From Elainellaceae cyanobacterium (GTDB taxonomy: Bacteria; Cyanobacteriota; Cyanobacteriia; CAZCXK01): DNA of 16,604 nt. Each line of letters opens with the position of its first letter. The stretch's first letter is position 1. Shown here one piece after another: positions 7,572 through 16,301 of this stretch. The notes beneath the pieces were generated by a model that was not told where the DNA came from, searched no databases, and saw nothing but the letters and a program-made list of their open reading frames with translations. The stretch is from positions 1 through 16,604 of the forward strand of contig JBNPEG010000025.1 in assembly GCA_051117555.1 (NCBI GenBank), given 5' to 3'. Position numbers and translations under genes: made by a program.

Positions 7572-8342
7572 ATGTTGAAAGTCACTCCGAGCTCATACGT
7601 TATGAACATCAATTACACGAAACAATGGGTTACGATCGGCAGCGCTGTGGTTATGGTGACGGCTGCTAGCGGCATGGCTTTGCCCGCACAAGCAGTTCAA
7701 ATTACCGCAAATATCACGGCAGATAATCATTATGGGCTCTACTATGGTCAATCAGATGGCAGTCGCTTGTCATTGGTTGGGAGAAACGAAATTGACGATA
7801 TTCATGTGGCCGATACAATAGCTCCCGTTCCGTCTATATCCTGTACCGGAGTATTTAGCTGGAAGTGCCCTGAAGCATGGGAGTTTGATGCTGATCCGGG
7901 CGATTATTTGTATCTCGCTGCCTGGGACGAGGATCTAGAACAAATGTGGATAGGAGATATCCAGTTTGATGATGGCCGTTCGCTTTTATCTAACACGCGC
8001 GATTGGGAATATGCCATTGCTAGTGGAAACAATCCAGGTAGTGGGTCCCTTCCGTCACTAGCTGCCATTTCAACGGAAATTGCGAATGCGTCTTGGGCAA
8101 CTCCCAAGGTTTCTGCGCCCCAGGGAACAATGCCATGGGGGACCATCGCCGGGATATCCTCGACTGCCGAATTTGTTTGGCATGATACGCTCAGCAACGA
8201 CTCTGATAGCGATCGCAACTACGTTATTTTTAGAACAACGGCTCCCCTTGTGGAGGAAAGTGTTCCAGAACCGTCAGTCACGCTTGGCCTGGGGCTTGTT
8301 GCATTGGCGGGCATGCTAGTAGGAAGACGAGTCATTCTCTGA
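7572..8342 (+). CDS. PEP-CTERM sorting domain protein
   Basis: Signal peptide ending LPAQA. C-terminal VPEPS + hydrophobic helix + RR. Body begins ITADN.Y.LY, a beta-rich lectin-like pattern. True start may be ATG 7602. Confidence 0.88.
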   Translation: MLKVTPSSYVMNINYTKQWVTIGSAVVMVTAASGMALPAQAVQITANITADNHYGLYYGQSDGSRLSLVGRNEIDDIHVADTIAPVPSISCTGVFSWKCPEAWEFDADPGDYLYLAAWDEDLEQMWIGDIQFDDGRSLLSNTRDWEYAIASGNNPGSGSLPSLAAISTEIANASWATPKVSAPQGTMPWGTIAGISSTAEFVWHDTLSNDSDSDRNYVIFRTTAPLVEESVPEPSVTLGLGLVALAGMLVGRRVIL

Positions 8343-10263
8343 CGAGCGATCGCAATCCGGCTTGCTGTAACACATCGTAGATGACATCCATCTTTCTCTC
8401 GGGTGGAACAAACACAAGGATGCCATCACGACCCCGAGTCAGCAGTACCCGATAACTATTAATGCGAAGGCGCAGCGGATCGCGTACGTTCCGCTGCCGC
8501 ACCGAGCTGACCCACGCTGTGCGATTCCAGAGCAGATCATCTCCCCACCCGACAATCGGAAAATCGAGTTCTAATCCCTGACACCCGAACTCGGTTACGA
8601 CGTCGTTGAACGCGCAGCATGAGAGGGAAGACGAAGGCGGATCGATATACCACGGCCCAACTTTAACTCGCTGGGTCGATTTATAGTCGTTATGAATGCC
8701 ATATTGAGTCAGATTCTTGGCACGTGATGAGGCAAGCAGTCCGTAACGTTTACTAGACTGCTCTCGATAGCGATCGCCACAATAGGCTTTTGCAGCATCC
8801 AAATCACGGGTGACATAGGCATCAAACCCGTCCTCAATTAGAGAGGGCATGAGTTGAGCCGCCTGGTCAAATTCTCCCGATAGGAGATGGGCAACCCAGG
8901 TCTGCCAGTCTTTTGCGAGATGGCTCCGCAGAGACAGGGTGAGATTGAAGACTGGATTGATGTTGAGATTGGACGGAGGAACGGCTGTAAATGTATCGGC
9001 ATAGTCGGAAGCACAATGCACGTTCCATTCGGATTTTGACCGTTTAAGGCCATCATTCCATTGGCCGATGCCTTCTTCTTCTCCCACATGGATTTCTTGC
9101 CCCTCCCCGATCAGCCCTACCACCATGCACCACTCCGGGATGCGGTCTGCGATCGCTAAGATGGCGCTTCCTGCTGCACTGCTGATGCCGTACTTCTCAT
9201 GCATGCGATCGCGATCCCAGGCTCGTTGAGCCTCATCAAACACGATCAGATGCTCGGCGGGTGCGGTCTGACGACGAACTTCATGCTGCAAATAAAAGTT
9301 GCGGACTGCTTGCACAAACACCTTACTTTTCAAGGCGTACTGCAAGACCTGAATGAGAGGCCCGTTTCCCGACAGGAAAACGGCCTGTTTTCCGGCCTCT
9401 TGAAACGGATTTTGATAGACAGCCTGAAGCCCGATGAGAGTTTTGCCTGACCCGGGAACCCCCGTAATTAAGACCAAATGGCGTTCATGGTTGTGCTGAG
9501 CCGTCGTGATCACGCGATTGAGGTATTCAAGTAACTCTGGGATACCAGCACTTCGAGCCTGGCGGATATTGGGCAAGGGCTCATTTTCAAAAATTTGCTG
9601 CGCAGCTTGTACCACCGATGGCAGCGGCGCATACTCGGCATTAAGCCAGGCGTGGGGATCAATAGTAGACGGCTTTTCTGGCAGGGCATTCAGATAATCA
9701 GCAATATCATCTGGGTTAAGAATTTGCACCCGATCGCGCGATTCACTGTCTTGGCGTCGTCGTGTGGGCACTAAAATGGCTTGAACCGGATGCTGCTGAG
9801 AACCGCTGTGATATTCTGCCAAATCACGAGCATAGGTTGCAGTTTGATCGAGGTCAGCGGCGGATGGACTTGCTTTTTCTTTGAATTCGATTGCCAAAAT
9901 TTGTCCAGATGCCAACATGACGAGATCGGGGCGGCGACCTCCCTCACGGGGCATTTCATATTCAAAAATTAGCGTCCAACTGGCGCTAGTAGGGCGGATG
10001 TTGAGAAGGCGCTGAAGCTGCGATCGCATCACGTGACGGCTATCTTTCCAAGCGTGTTGTTGGGTGCGAGCCGCTTGCTGCTGATAGAGGTGTTGATAGT
10101 TGCGATTGATTGTATCCAGCCACGTCGATTCGGGTTCATCCAGAAATCGTTGAACGGTTCCCACCCATCCGTAGTTCACCGAATGCGATTGGTTCTGACC
10201 GAACAACTTTAATTGACTTGACCTGTCATCCTTCATATGTAGCGTATGTGCCTCCTTGGGCAA
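8332..10263 (-). CDS. DUF2075 (Schlafen group-3-like SF1 DNA/RNA helicase) protein with N-terminal PD-(D/E)XK nuclease-like domain
   Basis: 643 aa. N-terminal EYEMP...RRPDLV...IEFK, Walker A GVPGSGKT, Walker B VFDEAQR, GEGQEIH, CQGLELD and YRVLLTRGR. Start may be ATG 10236. Confidence 0.85.
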   Translation of the reverse strand: MPKEAHTLHMKDDRSSQLKLFGQNQSHSVNYGWVGTVQRFLDEPESTWLDTINRNYQHLYQQQAARTQQHAWKDSRHVMRSQLQRLLNIRPTSASWTLIFEYEMPREGGRRPDLVMLASGQILAIEFKEKASPSAADLDQTATYARDLAEYHSGSQQHPVQAILVPTRRRQDSESRDRVQILNPDDIADYLNALPEKPSTIDPHAWLNAEYAPLPSVVQAAQQIFENEPLPNIRQARSAGIPELLEYLNRVITTAQHNHERHLVLITGVPGSGKTLIGLQAVYQNPFQEAGKQAVFLSGNGPLIQVLQYALKSKVFVQAVRNFYLQHEVRRQTAPAEHLIVFDEAQRAWDRDRMHEKYGISSAAGSAILAIADRIPEWCMVVGLIGEGQEIHVGEEEGIGQWNDGLKRSKSEWNVHCASDYADTFTAVPPSNLNINPVFNLTLSLRSHLAKDWQTWVAHLLSGEFDQAAQLMPSLIEDGFDAYVTRDLDAAKAYCGDRYREQSSKRYGLLASSRAKNLTQYGIHNDYKSTQRVKVGPWYIDPPSSSLSCCAFNDVVTEFGCQGLELDFPIVGWGDDLLWNRTAWVSSVRQRNVRDPLRLRINSYRVLLTRGRDGILVFVPPERKMDVIYDVLQQAGLRSLVRE

Positions 10264-10338
10264 ACTAAGCGGTTCCCAATTTTAAGGTACTCAGGTCAGA
10301 GGGGCGGAGGTTCATTCTTTCGATAGAAATGGGGGATC

Positions 10339-11208
10339 ATGCGATCGCTGCTGTTGTTTCTGACAATTGTATTGGGTGTGTGGGTGCAATCGGGCTATCG
10401 CTACGCATTTTTGATCCGATATGGAATTATGGTGATGCTGTTTTTTGCCTTTATCGAGGTTCAACTCAGCTTGAAAACACTGGTGAATATCCGTGCAGTC
10501 TATGTGCTTGCCATAATGCTAGTAGTAGCATGTCTATCCTTTTATTTGCTCAATTTCTTTAACTCTGACCTGGCATTGGTGGCGTTTATGACGGCGATCG
10601 CCCCTACTGCAACCGCAGCCCCCGTCGTCATTGGCTTTTTGGAGGGAGATGTCGAATATGTGACATCGGCTGTTGTCGTTACTAACTGCGCGATCGCCCT
10701 CTTGATGCCATTCTTACTTCCAAAAATTGCAGATCACGACATTTCCATCTCATCACCTGAAATCCTGGTATCAACCCTGGCAGTGGTGGTGCTGCCGCTG
10801 ATCACGTCACAACTGTTAAGACGGATTAAACCTGCGATCGCCGCTTGGCTTAGGCAGTTCAAACATCTATCCTTTATTATTTGGTTGTGCATTTTATATC
10901 TAGCAAGCTCAAAAGCGGCTCACTTTATTTCATCTGAACTGTCTGCGTCATGGCAAGTCGTAGCACTGTCATCGCTGATTGCTCTGTCCTTGTGCGTGGT
11001 TCACTTTTCTCTCGGATATTGGATAGAGCAGGATGGGCTCAGGCGAGAGGTTAGCCAATCGCTAGGCCATAAAAACACCGTATTTTCAGTCTGGTTGTGT
11101 CTAACTTTCTTAAGTCCGTTTATCGCCCTTGGCCCCATGTTTTATATTGTGTTTCAAAATCTCTATAACTCCTATTTGCTCTCTAGAAATATCCAGGAGT
11201 CAGACTGA
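10339..11208 (+). CDS. Bile acid:sodium symporter (BASS/SBF) family transporter
   Basis: 289 aa, about 9-10 hydrophobic segments. Motifs APTATAAPV...L.G.V, V.TN and GHKNT. Confidence 0.8.
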   Translation: MRSLLLFLTIVLGVWVQSGYRYAFLIRYGIMVMLFFAFIEVQLSLKTLVNIRAVYVLAIMLVVACLSFYLLNFFNSDLALVAFMTAIAPTATAAPVVIGFLEGDVEYVTSAVVVTNCAIALLMPFLLPKIADHDISISSPEILVSTLAVVVLPLITSQLLRRIKPAIAAWLRQFKHLSFIIWLCILYLASSKAAHFISSELSASWQVVALSSLIALSLCVVHFSLGYWIEQDGLRREVSQSLGHKNTVFSVWLCLTFLSPFIALGPMFYIVFQNLYNSYLLSRNIQESD

Positions 11209-11232
11209 TAGGGTGGAAGGCGGAAAGCGGAA

Positions 11233-11260
11233 GACAGAAGAAGTAGGACAGAAGAAGTAG
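11233..11260 (+). repeat. 14-bp tandem duplication
   Basis: GACAGAAGAAGTAG x2 (11233-11246, 11247-11260). The second copy supplies the GTAG of the adjacent REP-like element. Confidence 0.85.
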
Positions 11261-11314
11261 GGTGCTGTATAGCCTTTCAGGCATGGCTATGCTAAAGTGC
11301 CAGCGTAACGCACC
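11257..11314 (+). repeat. GTAG-type REP-like palindrome with 25-nt internal hairpin module (copy B)
   Basis: GTAG-GGTGC...CGTAACGCACC. The reverse complement aligns to 181-237 at 43/58 positions with compensatory changes. Confidence 0.7.
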
Positions 11315-11358
11315 ATTAGGGCTGCTACACGGGACCCGCCTTCAGGAGTTGAGACATC

Positions 11359-11406
11359 AGTCGGCGCAGGCCGACTTTGCTTGTCTAGGCGCGGTTTTAA
11401 CCGCCA
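11359..11406 (+). repeat. Double-hairpin cyanobacterial REP-like repeat between convergent genes
   Basis: Hairpins AGTCGGC-GCAG-GCCGACT and GCGGTT-TT-AACCGC joined by TTGCTTGTCTAGGC, an arrangement I recall from common cyanobacterial dispersed repeats. May also act as a terminator. Confidence 0.65.
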
Positions 11407-11436
11407 GCTTCCCTGCCACCAATCACCATCCCCTAT

Positions 11437-12198
11437 CTAACCAGGTTGGCCTACTGATACATCTAGCAATTCAGCGCGCTTAGCTTCGTAAAACTGACTA
11501 GCCACATATCCAAGCGTGTAAATCAATGCAGCGTTACTCGTTGCACCGACAAATGCGCCAATACCAGGGATTAGCTCAATGATTCCAAGCCCCGTCTTTA
11601 AGGCCCCCGATCCCCCGACCGATAGCCCGAAGATGGCTAACACCTCCCCCCGACGTGCCGGGTCTTGCAGCGAAAACCCATATGCCCCGGCAATGCGATA
11701 TACCATTTCAGCTTGCAGAGTCGTAACAGCAGCAATGTCTACTGCAAAGAGAGCCAGCGCCAATGGAGGAATAATATTAGTCAAAAGCCCGATACTGCCT
11801 GCTCGAAGAGAGGTTTGGACAATAATCCGATTGGCAATCTGCTCTGATGTTTCAAATGGATAGTCTTGCCGAAATTGTTCAAGCTCGCGTTGAGCTGTCT
11901 CTTGGTTTACTTGCCCCAGGGGAATCATCAGCCAATTGATGCCGGGAATCTTAGACGCAAAGCGCACTACCGGATTTTTGGCAATCGGGTCAACGACACT
12001 GCCTAATGTTTCTGTGCTTTGTTCAGCAAAGCGTTGAGCTGCACCCCTTGCATCTTCTCCAAGCTTAGTGGCTGTCTTTATGGTCGATTGAATCGCATTA
12101 GATATGTCCTGGGTCGCAGCGGGACTCAAATGTAGTGTAGTGGCGATCGCCTCGACTATCTGGCGAGCTAATACCTCTGCATTATTCTGACTACCCAT
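11437..12198 (-). CDS. EcsC/DUF697-like membrane-associated protein
   Basis: Motifs EQIANRII, DIAAVT.LQAEMVYRIA.AYG, RRGEVLAIFG and ELIPGIGAFVGA.SNA..IY.LG. ATG 12198 preferred over TTG 12213. Confidence 0.75.
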   Translation of the reverse strand: MGSQNNAEVLARQIVEAIATTLHLSPAATQDISNAIQSTIKTATKLGEDARGAAQRFAEQSTETLGSVVDPIAKNPVVRFASKIPGINWLMIPLGQVNQETAQRELEQFRQDYPFETSEQIANRIIVQTSLRAGSIGLLTNIIPPLALALFAVDIAAVTTLQAEMVYRIAGAYGFSLQDPARRGEVLAIFGLSVGGSGALKTGLGIIELIPGIGAFVGATSNAALIYTLGYVASQFYEAKRAELLDVSVGQPG

Positions 12199-12288
12199 AA
12201 AATTTTTGCCCAACGCACATCAACAGCATCATAGCTCCACTTTACGGGAACTCGCAGGGCAATGACCTCTACCCTGTGACAGTGATGC

Positions 12289-14568
12289 TTATGCTGACAG
12301 TGCTCCCCCTTCGCTGCGAATAAGTCGAGCATAGTGTCCATCTTGATTCCAGAGTGTTTCATGGGTGCCTCGCTGTACCACCTCTCCTCGCTCTAAGACA
12401 ATGATTTCATCACAGTCTCGGATGGTACTCAGCCGATGCGCCACAATCAAGCACGTACATCCTCGCTGACGAAGCTGCTGGTCTATCACTTTTTCGCTTT
12501 CAGTATCCAGTGCGCTCGTTGCCTCATCCATGATTAAAATCGACGGATCATTGACCAGTGCTCTAGCAATTTCAAGACGTTGCCGCTGCCCGCCGCTGAG
12601 ATTTGCGGCTCCTTCTAAGAGTTGAGCGTCATAGCCCCCCGCTATCGACAAAATAATCTCATCAATGTTGGCGTCTTGGCAGGCTCGTCGCAATGCTGCA
12701 TCGGGCACGGTAGTATCCCAGAGGGTTAAATTTTCGCGTACCGTTCCTGCAAACAACAAAATATCTTGTTCAACGACGGAGATTGAATTGGTCAACACCG
12801 ATCGAGGAATCTTCGCTCTAGGAATTCCGTCAAAAAGAATGTCTCCCGACCAAGGTTCGTATAGCCCTGCCACAACTTTAGCGAGAGTCGATTTTCCCGA
12901 CCCACTCCCGCCCACAAGAGCAACTCGCTGACCCGGCTTGATTGACAGGCTAAAATCTTCAACCAGCGGAGCGTCTAGAGGGCTATAGCCAAAGGTAATG
13001 TGTTTGAGATCAACATATCCTTGAAGTCGAGGACTTGAGGCTTGGAATGGGGAGGATGATTGTGCAGAATTTTGAACAGACGCATGCTGTAGAAAACAGT
13101 TGTCTTGCCGATGGTCTGAATTCGCGTCTCGCTCTAGCTGCGAATCGATGTCGTTGCCCAAGACGTCATCTAAGCGTCGTAAACTGCCCTGCAATGTTTG
13201 CAGAATATTTCCAAACCGCACCAGGTTATTGACAGGCTGCTGGAAGCTTTGCATGAGAAGCTGAAACGCAACCAGCATCCCAATCGTCAGGCTACCATTG
13301 AGCACGCGCAATCCGCCGATCACCAGTAATGCCATGGTAGTGAGTGCGGTCAAAAACGATGGCAACACTCCAATAACTCGGTTGATCACTCCCAGGTCTT
13401 GCTGAGCATTAACGGCTTTGGTGTAATATCCTGCCCATCGAGCAAAGAAGTCAGATTCAACGCCTGATGCTTTTAAGGTTTCCATCCCTTGCAGACCGGC
13501 GATCGCCACGCCAGAGACTTTGCCATACTCCTGTGCGAGTCTCAGGTTGGCATCGACTCGTCGACGCGATACCCACTGCAACACAAACACGTTGATGAGC
13601 GCCAGAGCGACAACAATCAGCGTCAACACCACATCGTAGTAGAACATGGCGATCGCATAAAACACCGCCATCACCGTGCTAATCACCGTGATGGTCAGAC
13701 GACCTGACAACACATCAGATACATCATTATTCAAGCGAACGCGGCTGCTAATCTCACCTGCAAACCGCTGCGCGTAGAAGCTCACTGGTAAGCGCAGCAC
13801 GTGCCAGATAAATTGGCTCGACATCCCAACTGAGAGCTTAATTCGCAGATTTCGCAAATAGCGGAGCTGATATAGCGTCAAAATGCCTTGCAAGACGGCA
13901 ATAAAAAACATGCCTGCTAGCACATAGGGCAGCCAGCTCAGTCGCCCACCCACCAGCACATTGTCAATAAAAATTTGACTGAGCGCAGGCAAAATCAGAT
14001 TAGGCAACACCAGCAAAAAACCTGCCAAAATGCAAAATAAAAGCGCCCCCGTTGAATGTCGGAGTCGCGTCCTCAGGGCAGAAATTAGGCTAGGCTTCTG
14101 CCCACCGGGCTGAAAGGTTTCTCCGGGTTCTAGCAGTAAAACAACGCCCGTATATCCTTCATCAAATTCTTGATAGGTCACCTGCCGAGGCCCGGCAGCC
14201 GGATCGTTGAGATACACCCGATCGCGCCCAAAGCCTTCGACGACTAAGAAGTGATTAAAGTGCCAAAATACAATGAATGGGAGACGAATCTGAGGCAGAC
14301 TTTCTAATGACTTCTTAAACCCCTTTGCAACCATGTCATAGTTGCGAGCTGCTTTTAGTACATTGGCAGCCGTTACACCATCTCGTGAGACTCCGCAGGC
14401 TTGACGCAACTCTGCCAGGGGGACAATCCTGCCGTAATAGCTCAACACGATTCCTAAGGCTGCCGCCCCACATTCAACGGCTTCCATTTGAAGGAGGGTG
14501 GGTGTTTTGACTCGCGCCGATTTTGCCTTAAAAGCAGTCTGTAGTGAATATAACGGGTTGATCAGCAT
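12289..14568 (-). CDS. NHLP-family bacteriocin export ABC transporter, C39 peptidase/permease/ATPase (TIGR03796-like)
   Basis: 759 aa. C39 motifs QMEAVECGAA (Cys), NHFLVVEG (His) and LNDPA (Asp); CGVSRDG; a TM domain; Walker A GGSGSGKS; LSGGQRQR; ILIMDEATSALD; VAHRL. Confidence 0.95.
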   Translation of the reverse strand: MLINPLYSLQTAFKAKSARVKTPTLLQMEAVECGAAALGIVLSYYGRIVPLAELRQACGVSRDGVTAANVLKAARNYDMVAKGFKKSLESLPQIRLPFIVFWHFNHFLVVEGFGRDRVYLNDPAAGPRQVTYQEFDEGYTGVVLLLEPGETFQPGGQKPSLISALRTRLRHSTGALLFCILAGFLLVLPNLILPALSQIFIDNVLVGGRLSWLPYVLAGMFFIAVLQGILTLYQLRYLRNLRIKLSVGMSSQFIWHVLRLPVSFYAQRFAGEISSRVRLNNDVSDVLSGRLTITVISTVMAVFYAIAMFYYDVVLTLIVVALALINVFVLQWVSRRRVDANLRLAQEYGKVSGVAIAGLQGMETLKASGVESDFFARWAGYYTKAVNAQQDLGVINRVIGVLPSFLTALTTMALLVIGGLRVLNGSLTIGMLVAFQLLMQSFQQPVNNLVRFGNILQTLQGSLRRLDDVLGNDIDSQLERDANSDHRQDNCFLQHASVQNSAQSSSPFQASSPRLQGYVDLKHITFGYSPLDAPLVEDFSLSIKPGQRVALVGGSGSGKSTLAKVVAGLYEPWSGDILFDGIPRAKIPRSVLTNSISVVEQDILLFAGTVRENLTLWDTTVPDAALRRACQDANIDEIILSIAGGYDAQLLEGAANLSGGQRQRLEIARALVNDPSILIMDEATSALDTESEKVIDQQLRQRGCTCLIVAHRLSTIRDCDEIIVLERGEVVQRGTHETLWNQDGHYARLIRSEGGALSA

Positions 14569-14581
14569 GGTTTGAAACCCC

Positions 14582-14615
14582 TCAGTTCCGGTCTAAAATC
14601 AGTTCCGGTCTAAAA
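14582..14615. repeat. 17-bp tandem duplication including the adaptor stop codon
   Basis: TCAGTTCCGGTCTAAAA at 14582-14598 and 14599-14615. Confidence 0.9.
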
Positions 14616-15213
14616 ACGGAAAAACAATCGTAATCGGGGCTTTTTCTTCGAGGGTGACTCGGGCTGTTGCCGTAATCCCGGCTGATAGGGTCAACCCAGA
14701 GCCGCCCCGTGATGACCACCGATACCCGCTTGGGCTAGAGGGATCTTCTTCGAGTTCAACCAGCACTTCGATCACGTCGCTGTGAGATTCTGTGGCGTCT
14801 GCCGTGGGTGCTTCCCGCGCCATTTCAAGGGTCATGATGCCGGGTTTCGACACCTCCCGTACGTGTCCTAAGATACCGCCGACGCGCTCAGAGGTGGCGG
14901 TTTCAGGCACTAGGATAATGGGCATTCCAGACTGGATGCGATCGCCCTCTCCCTGATTAAAATAGGCGAGCCCGACGAGTTCGTGAGTCGATTTGGATGG
15001 ATATACCAGCAAGCCTCGACCTGTTGCCGTGATTGGAATGCGCCCCAAAATGCCCCAGAGCAGTGCGAACCCCATCACCGCACCCAAGGCAACCAGCGGC
15101 AGCCAGCTTTTGGGATTAACCACTTGCATAATTTGGTCAAGCTGTTCAGGAGATGAGAGGCGTTCTAGAGATTCTTTGCGAAAGATATTGGTGTTTGGGC
15201 GATCGCTAGTCAT
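14599..15213 (-). CDS. Short NHLP-system secretion (membrane-fusion/adaptor) protein, TIGR03794-like, lacking the central hairpin region
   Basis: 204 aa. N-terminal IFRKESLERLSSPEQLDQ.MQVV.PKSW + TM + GRIPIT..G.G is joined directly to the C-terminal barrel motifs GGI.G.V..VS, SGY.WSS and RV.LEE.API...FP. ATGA overlap with the upstream gene. Confidence 0.85.
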   Translation of the reverse strand: MTSDRPNTNIFRKESLERLSSPEQLDQIMQVVNPKSWLPLVALGAVMGFALLWGILGRIPITATGRGLLVYPSKSTHELVGLAYFNQGEGDRIQSGMPIILVPETATSERVGGILGHVREVSKPGIMTLEMAREAPTADATESHSDVIEVLVELEEDPSSPSGYRWSSRGGSGLTLSAGITATARVTLEEKAPITIVFPFLDRN

Positions 15214-16271
15214 GCCATGCTACTCCCGACCCCTAATCGCTTCATCATCCAGTTAAACCGAGCCGCTCCCTGAGATACGTGATGCAGTGCATCTAGGTCT
15301 AGCTCGTCTTCATAATCTAGGGCTTCATCCATCTGCTGGCTTGCATCAAAGGATGATTCGTCACATCCTAACCGACTCAATACCGATTGCAGACTATGGG
15401 ATAACTGCATAGCTAATACTCGATAAAACCGAGCCGCAAACCCTTTGTTGTTTTGGAGATGGCTGGTCATCTGCTGACGAGAAATAGACAGCACCAGCGA
15501 TTCCCGTGCAGCTCTGACAGTGATGGGCGGCAGGCGAAAGTCAAGGAACGAAATGGTGCCTGCTAGTTCTCCTCGCGTCAGATTGGAGATCGGTCGCATG
15601 GTGCTAGCAGTCTTTTCTGCACAATCAAAGCAGAGCGTCAGCGAATTGTAGTCTCCATCTGTCACTAACACGGTGAACACCCCGTCTAAGATAATATGGA
15701 GCGCATCGATAGGTTTGCCAGCTTGAATGAGCAAATACCCCGGCGGTACTTTTTCAACACGCCCCATCATCGTCATCCAATCAATATCGCTATCTCTAAA
15801 TTCTCCAAAAATCAGCAGGGCATCTTGCCCTGGATGACTGCTCGCGTCTTGAATCTGCCCTGGCATTTCGAGTAGCTGCCGAAGTCGTTCTGCCATGATC
15901 AGAGCGATCGCCCGGTAGAAATGGGCACCAAACTGAATATCATGCCTCAGCTTCTCAAGAAGCGCTTGCCGAGGAATCGCCAGCACTAAGGAATCTTCGA
16001 CCGCTCGGATTTCTGCAAGCGATGGGGTATCAAAAATCGGCGCTTCCCCAACGATTTCTCCCTGGGTGAGCCGCGTGATTTCTTGGCGATCGCTCGAAGC
16101 TCCAGCAGAAATCCCCAAACTTAATGCTCCGCTTAGCAGCAAATATATCGATTCAAGAGTCTCTTTAGGCTGAATGAGAATGGTGTCGGATGCTATCTCT
16201 ATTCGCTGTCCATTTGCCACCATCCAATCAATATCTGAATTGCTCAACTCACGAAGTAAAACATCTGACAT
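15210..16271 (-). CDS. Double cyclic-nucleotide-binding domain protein, bacteriocin-transport-associated (TIGR03896-like)
   Basis: Two repeats of L..SDIDWM...G...LI...Y/HI.L.G...GE..G......FYR..A. Adjacent to NHLP transport genes. Start reassigned to ATG 16271 (MSDVLLRELSNSDIDWM). Confidence 0.88.
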   Translation of the reverse strand: MSDVLLRELSNSDIDWMVANGQRIEIASDTILIQPKETLESIYLLLSGALSLGISAGASSDRQEITRLTQGEIVGEAPIFDTPSLAEIRAVEDSLVLAIPRQALLEKLRHDIQFGAHFYRAIALIMAERLRQLLEMPGQIQDASSHPGQDALLIFGEFRDSDIDWMTMMGRVEKVPPGYLLIQAGKPIDALHIILDGVFTVLVTDGDYNSLTLCFDCAEKTASTMRPISNLTRGELAGTISFLDFRLPPITVRAARESLVLSISRQQMTSHLQNNKGFAARFYRVLAMQLSHSLQSVLSRLGCDESSFDASQQMDEALDYEDELDLDALHHVSQGAARFNWMMKRLGVGSSMA

Positions 16272-16301
16272 AGTACAACCATAGTACAACCATAGTACGA
16301 C
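16269..16301 (-). repeat. 11-bp triplication containing the start codon
   Basis: Plus strand CATAGTACAAC, CATAGTACAAC, CATAGTACGAC. Each unit ends in ATG on the minus strand. Confidence 0.9.

Larger units (their letters stand above)
1457..16093. repeat. HIP1 octamer GCGATCGC dispersed across the window
   Basis: About 27 copies by hand count, for example at 1457, 1934, 3293, 3857, 4333, 5099, 7202, 8346, 9205, 10341, 12143, 13499, 15199 and 16086. This density is diagnostic of cyanobacteria. Confidence 0.9.

Noticed and set aside
10339..11208. Transporter as Acr3 arsenite exporter
   Set aside because: It lacks the Acr3 (A)RC.AMV/PC.AMV motif and fits a generic BASS protein.
11233..11260. Short direct repeats here and at 14582 and 16269 as CRISPR arrays
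   Set aside because: The repeats are contiguous, 11-17 bp long and have no spacers; no cas genes are present.
11262..11483. 73-aa ORF in the convergent gap
   Set aside because: It is composed of repeat elements and has no RBS or recognisable motifs.
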